The position numbers were made by a program, and so were the translations under genes. A model generated the notes under the pieces. That model saw nothing but the letters and a program-made list of their open reading frames with translations. It was not told the DNA's origin and searched no databases. A stretch of DNA of 64,000 nt, taken from positions 192,626 to 256,625 of the forward strand of contig CAWKBC010000047.1 in the NCBI GenBank assembly GCA_963847705.1, read 5' to 3'. Source of the stretch: an uncultured Pseudomonadota bacterium (GTDB taxonomy: Bacteria > Myxococcota_A > Polyangia > Fen-1088). The stretch's first letter is position 1. Every line of letters begins with the position of its first letter. This document shows positions 1-9,894 of the stretch, piece by piece.

Positions 1-1373
1 GTCTGCCCGCCCAGCGTCAAGCCTGACTTCGCATCGGCGGCCGGCGCGTGGAGCCGTATCAACGTCGCGCCCGATGCGGCGGGAGCCTGCAGCGTGAGAG
101 TCCCGCCGGTCGCGGCGTCCAGGCTCAGCAGCGCCAGCCGCGTCCTGCCGTCCGGACCGACGCTGGCCCAGGCATGCAGGGTCGGCGTCGACGGCGTGAT
201 GGTCGCCGTCACCGGTGTCGCGCCGGCGGGCACGGCCAGCGAGAAGAACCGCATGCCGTAGTAGAGCGGCTCGACGGTCAGCGCGCCGCTGGACAGCGTG
301 AAGACGGCGTAATAGCTGCCGGGCGTGTGGAAGTTCAGTCCGACCGCGCCGGCCCACGCCAGCTGGAAGGCGACGTCTGCTCCCCAGAGCGCGGCCGCGT
401 ACACGTTGCTGACACCGTCGGCGCCGCCGCAGGCGACCGAGTTCAGCTCTGCCACCCGGAAGTCGACGCCCGCCGCGCGCGCCGTCTGAATGTGCGGCGC
501 CAGCTCCGCGCCCGCGCCCTGGCTGGCGGCATCGGCCAGGAGAGCGGTGACCGCTGGCGGTGCGGTGCCATTGCACACGTTGAACGGATAGCGGTGGACG
601 GTCGCCAGGGCGAGGTTCGCCTTCTCTCCGGCGTAAAGGGCGTCCAGGTTGGGCAGCCAGGACTTCCCGCTCAGGGCCGGCGCCCCATAGGGCGGCGGTG
701 GTGAGAGGACCGCGTCAAGGCCGGCGGTGAACGCGTCGTAGTCGGCCTGCCAGCCCGCGAACGTATAGCCGGACGCGCGCAGCCCGTTCTTGGACCAGAG
801 GTCGGGCTCGTTGCCGATCTCGAACGCGCGGACAGCGCCCGCCGGCAGGGCCGCCGAGATGGCCTGCGCCAGCGCGGCGGCATTTCCCGACGCGTCGGCG
901 GAGACGCCCTGGAGCGCCAGATCGAGGTCCGGGATCAGCGTGGTGCCCAGCATCGCGTTGAGTGAAGCCAGGGTCGCCACCTGCATCGAGCCGATGTCGA
1001 TCGTGATGTTCATCGGGCGTGGCGTGGCTCCGGTGGGATTCCACCAGGCCTCATCCGCGCTGTTTCCCCCGATCCGGAGCGTCGGGTGGTTCCCCTCGCC
1101 GGCGAACGCGGACAGCAGGCGAACGACGGCCGGGCTCGCGTTCCCGTCGCCGTCCCCCAGGTACTTGACGACCGACGACCACTCGGTCGAGATGCCCAGG
1201 AACGTGTCAGGAATCGCCGCACCGGGATGAGAGGAATCGACCGTGACCAGGGCGAACGGCGGCCCGGCCTCCGCGCCGGGTGCTCCGTCGTGGCCGGCGC
1301 TCGATGGGCGGCTGCTCCCGCACGCTGCGAGCGAGGACCCGACAACGAGAGCGGCGAAACGACGTGCGTTCAC
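1..1373 (-). CDS. Glycoside hydrolase family 79-like lipoprotein (3' end outside the window)
   Basis: Not in the ORF track because there is no stop in the window. Manual translation from GTG 1373 gives MNARRFAALVVGSSLAAC (lipobox), FLGISTEW, LRIGGNSAD, FEIGNEPD, RVAELNSVACGG, PLYYGM and LTLGGQT, all GH79-like motifs. Confidence 0.85.
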   Translation of the reverse strand, partial: MNARRFAALVVGSSLAACGSSRPSSAGHDGAPGAEAGPPFALVTVDSSHPGAAIPDTFLGISTEWSSVVKYLGDGDGNASPAVVRLLSAFAGEGNHPTLRIGGNSADEAWWNPTGATPRPMNITIDIGSMQVATLASLNAMLGTTLIPDLDLALQGVSADASGNAAALAQAISAALPAGAVRAFEIGNEPDLWSKNGLRASGYTFAGWQADYDAFTAGLDAVLSPPPPYGAPALSGKSWLPNLDALYAGEKANLALATVHRYPFNVCNGTAPPAVTALLADAASQGAGAELAPHIQTARAAGVDFRVAELNSVACGGADGVSNVYAAALWGADVAFQLAWAGAVGLNFHTPGSYYAVFTLSSGALTVEPLYYGMRFFSLAVPAGATPVTATITPSTPTLHAWASVGPDGRTRLALLSLDAATGGTLTLQAPAASGATLIRLHAPAADAKSGLTLGGQ

Positions 1374-1495
1374 TGCGGACGATCTTGCCTGCCACCAACA
1401 GGGCGACGCAAGAACGAGTCACAGCTCCGGCGCAGCGTGACGCCGGTTGCAGCTTTGCTGGCCGAAGCCGTGGTCGGACCATTAACCTAGCTCCG

Positions 1496-2668
1496 GTGAC
1501 GACCCCCCCGGCTCGAGGACTCTCCGCGGTCGTCGCCTACAAGCTCGGCATCGCGGTCATGGAGCTCCTGGCCGTCGTCGCCGTGGTGGTTCTACATGTC
1601 GTCCTGGGGAGGGACCTGGGCGGGCTCTCCGGCAGCGTCGAGCGCCACTGGCTGCACGGGATCGGGGCCGTGCTCGTGGAGATGGTCCGTCTCGTGGCCG
1701 GCGGGGGAGACGCGCGGCTCGTCGTCGTCGCGCTCGGCGGCGACGCCGTCACCAGCGCCGTCGAGGGCCTGCTTCTCCAGCGTGGATCCCGCTGGGCCCC
1801 CTGGCTGATCCTCGGCTCGACCGGCCTGCCGCTTCCGTGGGAGCTGGATCGCCTGGTGCGGCAGCCGTCGGTCGTGCGGCTGGCGCTGCTGTTGGTGAAC
1901 GTGGCGATCGTCGGCTGGCTCTGGTGGGCTCGACCGGGCGCGGCGGCGGGGGTTCATCGCGGGCGCCGGCACCTCGCGAAGCACGGCGCCATCGCCGCGG
2001 CGTCCGCGATCGGGGTCTGGCTGCTCCTGTCGTATCGTCTGATTCCGCTCGTCGAGCGCCACCTTCACGTCGTGGCGGCCGTTGCGGCCTCGGCCGGGCG
2101 GACCACCGATGCCGCCGGGCGTCCGGCCGATCCCGTCAACGTCGGTCTGATCGGGGAGATCGGAGAGGTGCAGCTCGCCATGCAGCGGGCCGGGTGGCTC
2201 CCCGCCCGTCCCATCACCGTGCGGAGTGCGCTCGGCATGATCGGGGCGGTCGCGCTCGACCGCTCCGATCCGCGCGCGCCTGTGAGCGACCTCTTTCTCG
2301 ACGGACGCCGTCAGGACCTGGCGTTCGAGCGCCAGGTGAACGCGAGCCCGCGCCGTCGCCACCACGTGCGCTTCTGGAACCAGGGCCAGCACGTGGACGG
2401 GCAGACGCTCTGGCTTGGTGCCGCGACGTTCGACGAGGGCGTGACGATCGCGCCCGAGAGCGGGCAGGTCACCCATCGCACGTCCCCGAACATCGACGAG
2501 GAGCGGGACACCCTGGTCGACGATCTCGAGCGGGGCGGGTGCGCGGGCGAAGTACACGACACCCCGGGCATCGGCCCGCACGCGGGCGCGCGGACGGCCG
2601 AGGGGCGTCTGATCGAAACCGACGGTCGCGTCGCCGTCGTCGAGCTCGGATGCCATCCAGGCCGCTGA
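1496..2668 (+). CDS. DUF2127-like membrane domain fused to LssY C-terminal domain
   Basis: N-terminal TM helices, then DPVNVGLIG, APVSDLFLDGRRQDLAFE, RRHHVRFW, WLGAATFD, PNIDEERD. GTG 1496 chosen as start within ORF 1280-2668. Confidence 0.75.
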   Translation: MTTPPARGLSAVVAYKLGIAVMELLAVVAVVVLHVVLGRDLGGLSGSVERHWLHGIGAVLVEMVRLVAGGGDARLVVVALGGDAVTSAVEGLLLQRGSRWAPWLILGSTGLPLPWELDRLVRQPSVVRLALLLVNVAIVGWLWWARPGAAAGVHRGRRHLAKHGAIAAASAIGVWLLLSYRLIPLVERHLHVVAAVAASAGRTTDAAGRPADPVNVGLIGEIGEVQLAMQRAGWLPARPITVRSALGMIGAVALDRSDPRAPVSDLFLDGRRQDLAFERQVNASPRRRHHVRFWNQGQHVDGQTLWLGAATFDEGVTIAPESGQVTHRTSPNIDEERDTLVDDLERGGCAGEVHDTPGIGPHAGARTAEGRLIETDGRVAVVELGCHPGR

Positions 2669-2747
2669 AGCAAATGCGTCTTCAAACTTCCATCTCCGGT
2701 CTCGGGGCGCGAGGGGTTCCTGGCGCCAAGTACGCTACGCTTCGGCG

Positions 2748-3323
2748 GTGAGCCGCGCGGTCACTCTCATCTATGGTCATCCCTACCCCAATCGCTCGCG
2801 GGCTGGACGCGTCCTGCTGGAGGGGGTGCGCGATCTGTCGGGGGTGGAGGTCCGGTCGCTGTACGACCTCTACCCGGACTTCGACATCGACGTTCAATCC
2901 GAACAGGCAGCCCTCCTCAAGGCGGATCTGATCATCTGGCAGTGCCCTTTCTATTGGTACGGCGTACCGGCGCTGGTCAATCTCTGGTTCGAGAAGGTGC
3001 TGGCGCACGGATGGGCCTACGGCGAGGGGGCCGATGCGCTCAGCGGCAAGACGGTGCTCTGGGTCCCCACCACCGGCGGCTCGCCGTCCAGCTATTCGGC
3101 GACGGGAGCGCATGGTCACCTGTTCGAGACCTTCGTCCCCGCCATCTCGCAGGTCGCTCGATTCTGCGGCATGCGCTGGGCGGACCCGCCGCTGGTGGTC
3201 CACGACGCCCACCGGCTGACGCGGGAGCAGCTGGGTGAGGCGGCCCGCCACTACCGACGCCGGATCGAAAGCATGGCCCCGGAATCGCCATCGCCGCCCG
3301 TCGAGGAGGCCGATCGTGGCTGA
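2748..3323 (+). CDS. kefF: KefF/KefG-family NAD(P)H oxidoreductase
   Basis: GHPYPNRSRA, LYDLYPDFDID, PFYWYG, GWAYG, TTGG; overlaps the kefC start. Confidence 0.9.
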   Translation: MSRAVTLIYGHPYPNRSRAGRVLLEGVRDLSGVEVRSLYDLYPDFDIDVQSEQAALLKADLIIWQCPFYWYGVPALVNLWFEKVLAHGWAYGEGADALSGKTVLWVPTTGGSPSSYSATGAHGHLFETFVPAISQVARFCGMRWADPPLVVHDAHRLTREQLGEAARHYRRRIESMAPESPSPPVEEADRG

Positions 3324-5190
3324 GCACGGCCTGTTGTTCGAGGTGATGATCTATCTCGCAGCGGCGGTGGTTTTCGTGCCGCTCGCCAGCCGTGTCGGTC
3401 TCGGTTCCGTGCTGGGCTATCTGATCGCGGGCAGCGTGATCGGGCCCTGGGGGCTGCGCCTGGTGCGCAACGCCGGGCAAATCCTGCACCTCGGGGAGTT
3501 CGGCGTCGTCTTGATGCTGTTCCTCATCGGGCTCGAGCTCGACCCCAAGAAGCTCTGGAGCATGCGCCGGTCGGTATTTGGCGGTGGGGCACTACAGATG
3601 GGGATTTGCGGAGGTTTGCTGGCGCTGGGCGGTCTGGCGGTGGGGCTCCCCTGGCAGGCCGCCCTGGTCGCCGGCCTGGCCCTCGCGCTGTCGTCCACGG
3701 CGATTTCCGTTCAGACCATGCGCGAGCGCGGCTTCCTCACGTCGCCCACCGGTGGGACGGCGTTCTCGGTGCTGCTGTTCCAGGACATCGCGGCCATTCC
3801 TCTCATCGCGCTGGTTCCGCTGCTCGCCGCCGGTCCCAGGAGCTCGGGAAGCAGCCTGTTCGCCGTTGGGCGCGTCGCCGTCGCGGTCGGCCTGGTGGTC
3901 TTGGTGGGCCGCTATCTGACCCGGCCGCTCATGCGCATCATCGCCCGGACAGGGCTGCGCGAGGTGTTCACCGGGTTCGCGTTGTTGCTGGTCGTTGGCA
4001 TCGCCCTGCTCATGGCCGCAGCGGGGATCTCGATGGCGCTGGGCGCTTTCCTGGCGGGGATCCTCCTGGCCGGGTCCGAATACCGGCGCGCCCTGGAGAC
4101 GGACATCGAGCCGTTCAAAGGCTTGCTGATGGGTCTGTTCTTCATCGCGGTGGGCATGTCGGTCGACTTCGGCCTGCTCGCCAGCCAGCCACTCATGATC
4201 GCCGCGCTGGTCCTGGGCTTCACCGTCTTGAAAGGTGGCGCGTTGCGCGTCGCCGGGAAGGCGCTGGGGATCCCGCAGGGGCAACGCTGGACGTCCGCCG
4301 CCCTGCTGGCGCAGGGGGGCGAGTTCGCCTTCGTGGTGTTCGGGGTCGCGGGGCAAGCGCGGCTTCTCCCCGGCAAGTGGGATGCGACCTTGACCCTGGT
4401 CGTGGCGCTCTCCATGGCGCTCACCCCGCTGGCGCTTCTGGCGACCGATCGGCTCGGGAGGCGCACGGGGAGGACGGAGCGACCGACCGACGCCATCGAG
4501 CCCGAGGGGGCGCGTGTCATCATCGCCGGGTTCGGCCGGTTCGGGCAGATCGTGGGCCGCATGCTGTTTGCGTCGGGCGTGCGGGCGACCGTCCTCGACT
4601 ACGACGCCGACCAGATCGAGCTGCTGCGAAAGTTCGACTTCCACGTATTCTACGGGGACGCGACCCGGCTGGATCTGCTTCAATCCGCGGGCGCGGCGGA
4701 GGCCAGCCTGCTGGTGATCGCCGTGGACGCCGTCGATGCCAGCATCAAGCTGGCCGAGATCGCGCGCCAGCACTTCCCGAACCTCGCCATCGTCGCGCGC
4801 GCCCGCAACGTCAGCCACTGGGTCGAGCTGCGCCGGCGTGGCGTCGAGCTCATCGAGCGCGAGACCTTCGAGTCCGCCCTCCGGGGAGGCCGCCGCGCGT
4901 TGGAGCGCCTGGGGATCTCCCCTTACGAGGCCCGCGAGCGCGCCGATCGATTTCGGCGCCACAACGTGGAGAACCTCAACGAGATGCTGCCGTTCTTCGG
5001 CGACGAGACGCGCCGGCTCTCGGCCGCCAAGGCGGGACGCGAGCAGCTGGAGAAGCAGTTCGCGGAGGACCGCGCCGCCCTGGATCGTTCCATCGGATCG
5101 TGGTCCCTCGAAATCGAGCCCGAGGTGCCCAGCGAGCGCGTTCCCGCTGGTGGCGCCGCCAACGCCGCACCCGAATCGAGCCCCGACTGA
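3316..5190 (+). CDS. kefC: Glutathione-regulated K+ efflux protein KefC/KefB
   Basis: CPA2 TM domain (LFQDIAAIP, IEPFKGLLMGLFF, QGGEFAFV) plus KTN domain (GFGRFGQ, YGDATR, RETFESAL). GTG 3316 follows GAGGAGG. Confidence 0.92.
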   Translation: MAEHGLLFEVMIYLAAAVVFVPLASRVGLGSVLGYLIAGSVIGPWGLRLVRNAGQILHLGEFGVVLMLFLIGLELDPKKLWSMRRSVFGGGALQMGICGGLLALGGLAVGLPWQAALVAGLALALSSTAISVQTMRERGFLTSPTGGTAFSVLLFQDIAAIPLIALVPLLAAGPRSSGSSLFAVGRVAVAVGLVVLVGRYLTRPLMRIIARTGLREVFTGFALLLVVGIALLMAAAGISMALGAFLAGILLAGSEYRRALETDIEPFKGLLMGLFFIAVGMSVDFGLLASQPLMIAALVLGFTVLKGGALRVAGKALGIPQGQRWTSAALLAQGGEFAFVVFGVAGQARLLPGKWDATLTLVVALSMALTPLALLATDRLGRRTGRTERPTDAIEPEGARVIIAGFGRFGQIVGRMLFASGVRATVLDYDADQIELLRKFDFHVFYGDATRLDLLQSAGAAEASLLVIAVDAVDASIKLAEIARQHFPNLAIVARARNVSHWVELRRRGVELIERETFESALRGGRRALERLGISPYEARERADRFRRHNVENLNEMLPFFGDETRRLSAAKAGREQLEKQFAEDRAALDRSIGSWSLEIEPEVPSERVPAGGAANAAPESSPD

Positions 5191-5289
5191 TCGCGCACCG
5201 CGATGAGGTTGACGATCGCCACGATGTGCCGGCGGCGAAGGAGGCCCGATTGATCAAACGCCTGCGCAAGGACCGGGAAGGTAACGCGA

Positions 5290-6555
5290 ATGCCTGACGA
5301 GAGCCCTTCGCATTCGCAAGATGCGGCCGGACGGTCGGAGAGTTCGAAACGGCCGTCGCAGCGGACGCTCCGGGGGCTCGACGGGCTGAATTTCCTGTTG
5401 GCCGATGTGCAGACCGGGGTGGGGCCGTTCCTCGCGATTTACCTGGCCGGCTACAAATGGAACGAAGAACGGGTCGGGCTTGCGCTGACGGTCGGCGGAA
5501 TCGCAGGAATCCTCGCGCAGACACCGGCCGGCGCCCTCGTCGACTTGCTCGAGTCGAAGCGGGCGCTCGTCGCCGTCGCCGTGGCCGCGCTGGCCGCGGG
5601 AGCTTTGCTGATCGCGCTCTGCCCGTCGCTCTGGCCGGTCATGGGCGCCCAGGTCCTCATAGGGGGCACCTCCAGCGTCTTCATCCCGGCCATCTGCGCA
5701 ATGTCGCTTGGAATCGTCGGGCGGGGCCGGTTCGACGAGCGCCAAGGTCGTAATCAGACCTTCAACTCGGCGGGCAACGTCACGGCCGCCGTGTCGATGG
5801 GTCTCCTCGGCTATCTGGTTTCCAATCGGAGCATCTTCTTCTTCGTCGTGGCTCTCGCGATACCCACGATCCTCGTTCTCTCCTTGATCAGACCCGCCGA
5901 GATCGACCACGAGGTCGCCCGCGGCGCCAACGACGGAGAAAAGGGCGGGAAAGCGGAGAGCGTCTGGGTCCTCTTCCGGGACCGACCCCTGGTGATCTTC
6001 CTCGCCTGCGCCGTCATGTTCCACTTCGCGAACGCGGCAATGCTCCCGCTGCTGGGCGAGCAGCTGGCCAAGGGTCGCGGGCGAGGTTCGATGCTCTTCA
6101 TGTCGGCGTGCGTGGTGACGACCCAGCTCGTCATCACGCTGATCGCCTCCTGGTCGGGACGGAAAGCCGGAACGTTGGGACGAAAGCCACTCCTGCTGAT
6201 CGCTTTCGGCGTCCTTCCGATTCGTGGCGTTCTTTATACCCTGACGTCCAACACAGTCTTGCTGGTGGCGATTCAGATTCTGGATGGTGTTGGGGCCGGG
6301 ATCTTCGGCGTGGTGTCGGTCCTGGTGATCGCCGATCTGACGCGCGGGACGGGCCGCTTCAACCTCACGCTCGGAGCCATCACCACCGCCGTCGGTATCG
6401 GCGCTGCGCTCAGTCAGGTGATCGCCGGAAGCATGGTCCACCACCTCGGCTCCCGCGCCGGCTTTCTATTCCTCTCGGCGGTGGCGGCGGCCGCCTTTTC
6501 AGTCCTGTACGCCTTCATGCCCGAGACGAACACCAAAAGAGCGGCTCACGCGTGA
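5290..6555 (+). CDS. MFS transporter
   Basis: About 12 hydrophobic segments; LADVQTGVGPF, FHFANAAMLP, ADLTRGTGRFN, C-terminal MPET. Confidence 0.9.
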   Translation: MPDESPSHSQDAAGRSESSKRPSQRTLRGLDGLNFLLADVQTGVGPFLAIYLAGYKWNEERVGLALTVGGIAGILAQTPAGALVDLLESKRALVAVAVAALAAGALLIALCPSLWPVMGAQVLIGGTSSVFIPAICAMSLGIVGRGRFDERQGRNQTFNSAGNVTAAVSMGLLGYLVSNRSIFFFVVALAIPTILVLSLIRPAEIDHEVARGANDGEKGGKAESVWVLFRDRPLVIFLACAVMFHFANAAMLPLLGEQLAKGRGRGSMLFMSACVVTTQLVITLIASWSGRKAGTLGRKPLLLIAFGVLPIRGVLYTLTSNTVLLVAIQILDGVGAGIFGVVSVLVIADLTRGTGRFNLTLGAITTAVGIGAALSQVIAGSMVHHLGSRAGFLFLSAVAAAAFSVLYAFMPETNTKRAAHA

Positions 6556-7835
6556 CGGGCGACGTACGCGTCGTCGCGACGCTGGTGGTCTTCGCCGCGG
6601 TGCTCGTCGCGGTCGTCGTGCGCCCGCGGGGTTGGAACGAGGCGTGGTGGACCGTGTTCGGGGCTCTCGCGATGCTGGGGCTCGGCCTCGTCTCGCCACG
6701 GGAAGCGATAGCAGCTGCGTTCGCCGGGAAGAACGCCCTTCTGTTCCTTTTGTCGCTTTTGTCGCTCTCGATGCTGGTCGGCAAGAGCGGATTCTTCGAG
6801 TGGGCTGCCCTGCGATGCGCGCGATTCGCCAAGGGCGACGCGCGCGTTCTCTATCGGAATGCATTCCTGCTCGGCGCGATCGTCACCGCCGTCCTTTCCC
6901 TCGACACCACGGCCGTCATCCTGACGCCGGTCGTGCTGGCTCTCGTCCGTAGGCTCAAGCTGCCGGCCGCGCCATACGTCGCCCTCTGCGCTTTCGTGGC
7001 GAACGTCGGCTCCCTGCTGCTCCCCGTCAGCAACCTCACGAACATTCTCTTCGCGGATGCCTTCCGCCTGGGCTTCGCCTTCTTTGCGAGTCGAATGCTC
7101 GTCCCTCAACTGACAGCGCTCTTGGCGACCTACGCCATCCTGCGCTGGCACTTTCGGGGAGAGCTTCCGGAACGGTTCGAGCACGAGTCGCTTCCGAGCG
7201 CCCACAGCGCGGTCCCGGATCGTCCCTATTTCATCATGTGCGTGACCGTCCTGATCCTGGTCCTGATCGGATACTTTCTTTTGCCCCTGGTGGGCGTCGC
7301 GCCCTACGTCATCGCGTTCGCCGGCAGCGGCGCCCTGGCGATCGCAGGCGCCGCGAGAGGACGCGTCCCGCTCCGCGCCGTCGGCGAGCTCGCCTGGGGT
7401 GTCTTTCCTTTCGTGCTCGGGTTCTTCGTCGTCGTTCGAGGCCTCGAAAACCTCGGTCTGGTCGAGCGGTTGTCGGCGTGGCTCCCGCATCTGACGCCAG
7501 GTTCAAAGGGAAGCCTTTTGGTCGTCTCCGGCGCAACGGCCGCAGCCTCGAATGTCATGAACAACCTGCCGGCCGCCTTGCTGTCGCGCAGTGTGCTCCT
7601 GGAATCGCACGCGGACGTTGGGATGGTCCTCGCCGGGCTCGTCGGCGCCGACGTCGGACCGATGATCACCCCATTCGGCTCACTGGCCACCATGCTCGTT
7701 TTGGCGCTTGCCCGGCGCGAGGGGCAAGAGCCGCGCGCTGGTCGCCTGCTGGCGCTGGGGTTGTGGGCCACCCCTCTGATTGTTGTAGCCGCCACGGTCG
7801 CCCTGACGGTCGTCGTCCACCTGGGTCTACGGTAG
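6552..7835 (+). CDS. ArsB/NhaD (SLC13-like) membrane transporter
   Basis: SLDTTAVILTP, ANVGSLLLPVSNLTN, MNNLPA, GPMITPFGSLATML; GTGA overlap with the MFS stop. Confidence 0.87.
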   Translation: MTGDVRVVATLVVFAAVLVAVVVRPRGWNEAWWTVFGALAMLGLGLVSPREAIAAAFAGKNALLFLLSLLSLSMLVGKSGFFEWAALRCARFAKGDARVLYRNAFLLGAIVTAVLSLDTTAVILTPVVLALVRRLKLPAAPYVALCAFVANVGSLLLPVSNLTNILFADAFRLGFAFFASRMLVPQLTALLATYAILRWHFRGELPERFEHESLPSAHSAVPDRPYFIMCVTVLILVLIGYFLLPLVGVAPYVIAFAGSGALAIAGAARGRVPLRAVGELAWGVFPFVLGFFVVVRGLENLGLVERLSAWLPHLTPGSKGSLLVVSGATAAASNVMNNLPAALLSRSVLLESHADVGMVLAGLVGADVGPMITPFGSLATMLVLALARREGQEPRAGRLLALGLWATPLIVVAATVALTVVVHLGLR

Positions 7836-8062
7836 GAGCCAGGGAGGCCCGGGTCGTCCGGGAGGTCGAGCGGTCTTTGCCGCTTTCCCCGCGAAGGGCC
7901 GCTCGGAGCTACGGATGGTCACGGCCTTGATGCCTGGCCTCGTCCCAGCGTGTCGAGATTTTCGCAGCGGGCCTTGACTCGTGGGCCCGCGCGCCTACCT
8001 CATTTGATGTTGTACGGAATAAGGCGAACCCTTAATCTGAGGGTCCGCGGTCGGCGACAGCC

Positions 8063-9661
8063 GTGTCCCAGCTCTTCCCGATGTCGCGCCCCATAGACAT
8101 CCTGTTGGTCGACGACGAGGCCAGAAACCTCGACGCGCTGGAGGCGATTCTGGACAGCCCCGGCTATCGGCTTCTCCGGGCCGAAGACGCCGATCGGGCG
8201 CTGCGTCTGCTCCTGGAGAACGACGTCGCGGCCATCGTCCTCGACGTCAAGATGCCTCAGGTGAGCGGCCTCGAGCTGGCGCAGATGATCAAGAACACCC
8301 GGCGTTTCCGCCAGACCCCGATCGTGTTCTTGACCGCCCACCTCATCGACGATCTGAACATCGCCGCCGGCTATGACGTCGGCGCGGTCGACTATCTGAC
8401 CAAGCCGGTGAACTCGCAGGTGCTTCGGCACAAGGTCGCCGTGTTCGCCGACCTGTTTCGCAAGACGCGCGAGTTGGCCGACCTGAACGAGAGGCTCGAG
8501 GACCGGGTGAAGGAACGGACCTTGGAGCTCGGACGGTCGGAAGCGGCACTCCGCGCGGCCGCCCAAGAGAAGGACGAGTTCTTGGCGGTTCTCGCTCACG
8601 AGCTCCGCAACCCGCTCGGACCTCTGCGCACCGGCCTCGATCTGCTGCTTCGGCGAAAGAACGCCGAGCCGGTCGTCACTCGCACCCTCGGCACGATGGA
8701 TCGGCAGCTTCGCCACATGGTTCGGTTGATCGACGATCTGTTGGATATCTCTCGAATCAGCCGGGGCCTGCTGGAGCTCAAGAAGGAGCCCGTCGATCTC
8801 GGTGAGCTCCTGGCGGAGACGGTCGAATCATTGCGGTCAGGGTTCGAGAGTCGTTGCCAGGAGCTGGTGCTTGAGAGCGAGGTCGGCATCGGAGCCGTGG
8901 CGGATCCGACTCGAGTGGCTCAGATCGTGACGAACCTGCTCACCAATGCCGCCAAGTTCACGCCGGAGGAGGGCCGGATCGGCGTCCAGTTGGCGCGGGA
9001 GGGAGACCGCGCGTTGATCCGGGTCGCCGATACCGGGGTTGGCGTACCGGCCGATCAGCTTGATCGCATCTTCGGCATGTTCACGCGGATCGAGCGACGC
9101 GAGGTCACCGGTCAGGCGGGGCTGGGAATCGGGTTGGCGCTGGCAAGACGTCTGGCGAAAATGCACGGTGGCGATTTGAGTGTGGCGAGCTCCGGTGAGG
9201 GAGCAGGGAGCACCTTCACGCTTTCTTTGCCACTCTCCGAGGTCGCGCCCGCGTCCATCAGTCCGCCGCGCCAAGGGTCGGCGAGCGACCCGGTCGACCG
9301 CGTGCGAATCGTGATCATCGAGGACAACGAAGACGTCGCCGAGTCACTCAAGGATCTTCTCGAGGAGTCGGGACATCGGGTCTGGTCCGCCCCTAGCGGC
9401 TCCCTCGGTATTCATCTGGTCCAAGAAGTGAATCCCAACGTCGTGCTGTGCGATCTTGGGCTGCCCCAGATGGGGGGCGTCGAGGTCTGCCGGCGGATTC
9501 GCGCTCTTCCCCTCGCCGTTCGACCGCTCATGGTGGCCGTGTCCGGATGGGGACGAGAAGAGGATCGTCGCCAGACGCGCGAGGCTGGCTTCGATCACCA
9601 CCTGGTCAAACCGGTGGCGGTTCACAGCTTGGACCAGTTGCTGCGCATCGTGACCAGCTGA
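8063..9661 (+). CDS. Hybrid histidine kinase (REC-HisKA-HATPase-REC)
   Basis: ILLVDD...LDVKMP, AHELRNPL, NAAKFT, DTGVG, GLGIGL, C-terminal DLGLP...KPV. Confidence 0.92.
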   Translation: MSQLFPMSRPIDILLVDDEARNLDALEAILDSPGYRLLRAEDADRALRLLLENDVAAIVLDVKMPQVSGLELAQMIKNTRRFRQTPIVFLTAHLIDDLNIAAGYDVGAVDYLTKPVNSQVLRHKVAVFADLFRKTRELADLNERLEDRVKERTLELGRSEAALRAAAQEKDEFLAVLAHELRNPLGPLRTGLDLLLRRKNAEPVVTRTLGTMDRQLRHMVRLIDDLLDISRISRGLLELKKEPVDLGELLAETVESLRSGFESRCQELVLESEVGIGAVADPTRVAQIVTNLLTNAAKFTPEEGRIGVQLAREGDRALIRVADTGVGVPADQLDRIFGMFTRIERREVTGQAGLGIGLALARRLAKMHGGDLSVASSGEGAGSTFTLSLPLSEVAPASISPPRQGSASDPVDRVRIVIIEDNEDVAESLKDLLEESGHRVWSAPSGSLGIHLVQEVNPNVVLCDLGLPQMGGVEVCRRIRALPLAVRPLMVAVSGWGREEDRRQTREAGFDHHLVKPVAVHSLDQLLRIVTS

Positions 9662-9712
9662 GCTCGTTGGCGGCGGCGCCCCGGGCTGGTGCCGACACAT
9701 CCGGAGGCATCA

Positions 9713-9820
9713 ATGGTCATGCCAGCCGCGCAGTCCATCACCAGGGCGTGGCGGGACGTCTCCATCGCGAGGAAGCTGTGCTTCGTCGCAGGGATCATGG
9801 CTTTCTTGATCGTCGGTGAG
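9713..9820 (+). pseudogene. 5' remnant of a membrane-bound sensor protein
   Basis: GGAGG RBS plus MVMPAAQSITRAWRDVSIARKLCFVAGIMAFLIVGE, resembling a sensor N-terminal TM helix; protein-likeness ends abruptly. Confidence 0.45.
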
Positions 9821-9894
9821 AGGCGTAGCCGCCGCCGCGAGCACCATTGCAGCTCGCCTATTTCGTGGGCATCGGCCAAGATTCGTGCTCTTGC

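Noticed and set aside
48-1345. Listed short ORFs at the window start
   Set aside because: Shadows of the unlisted minus-strand GH79 gene.
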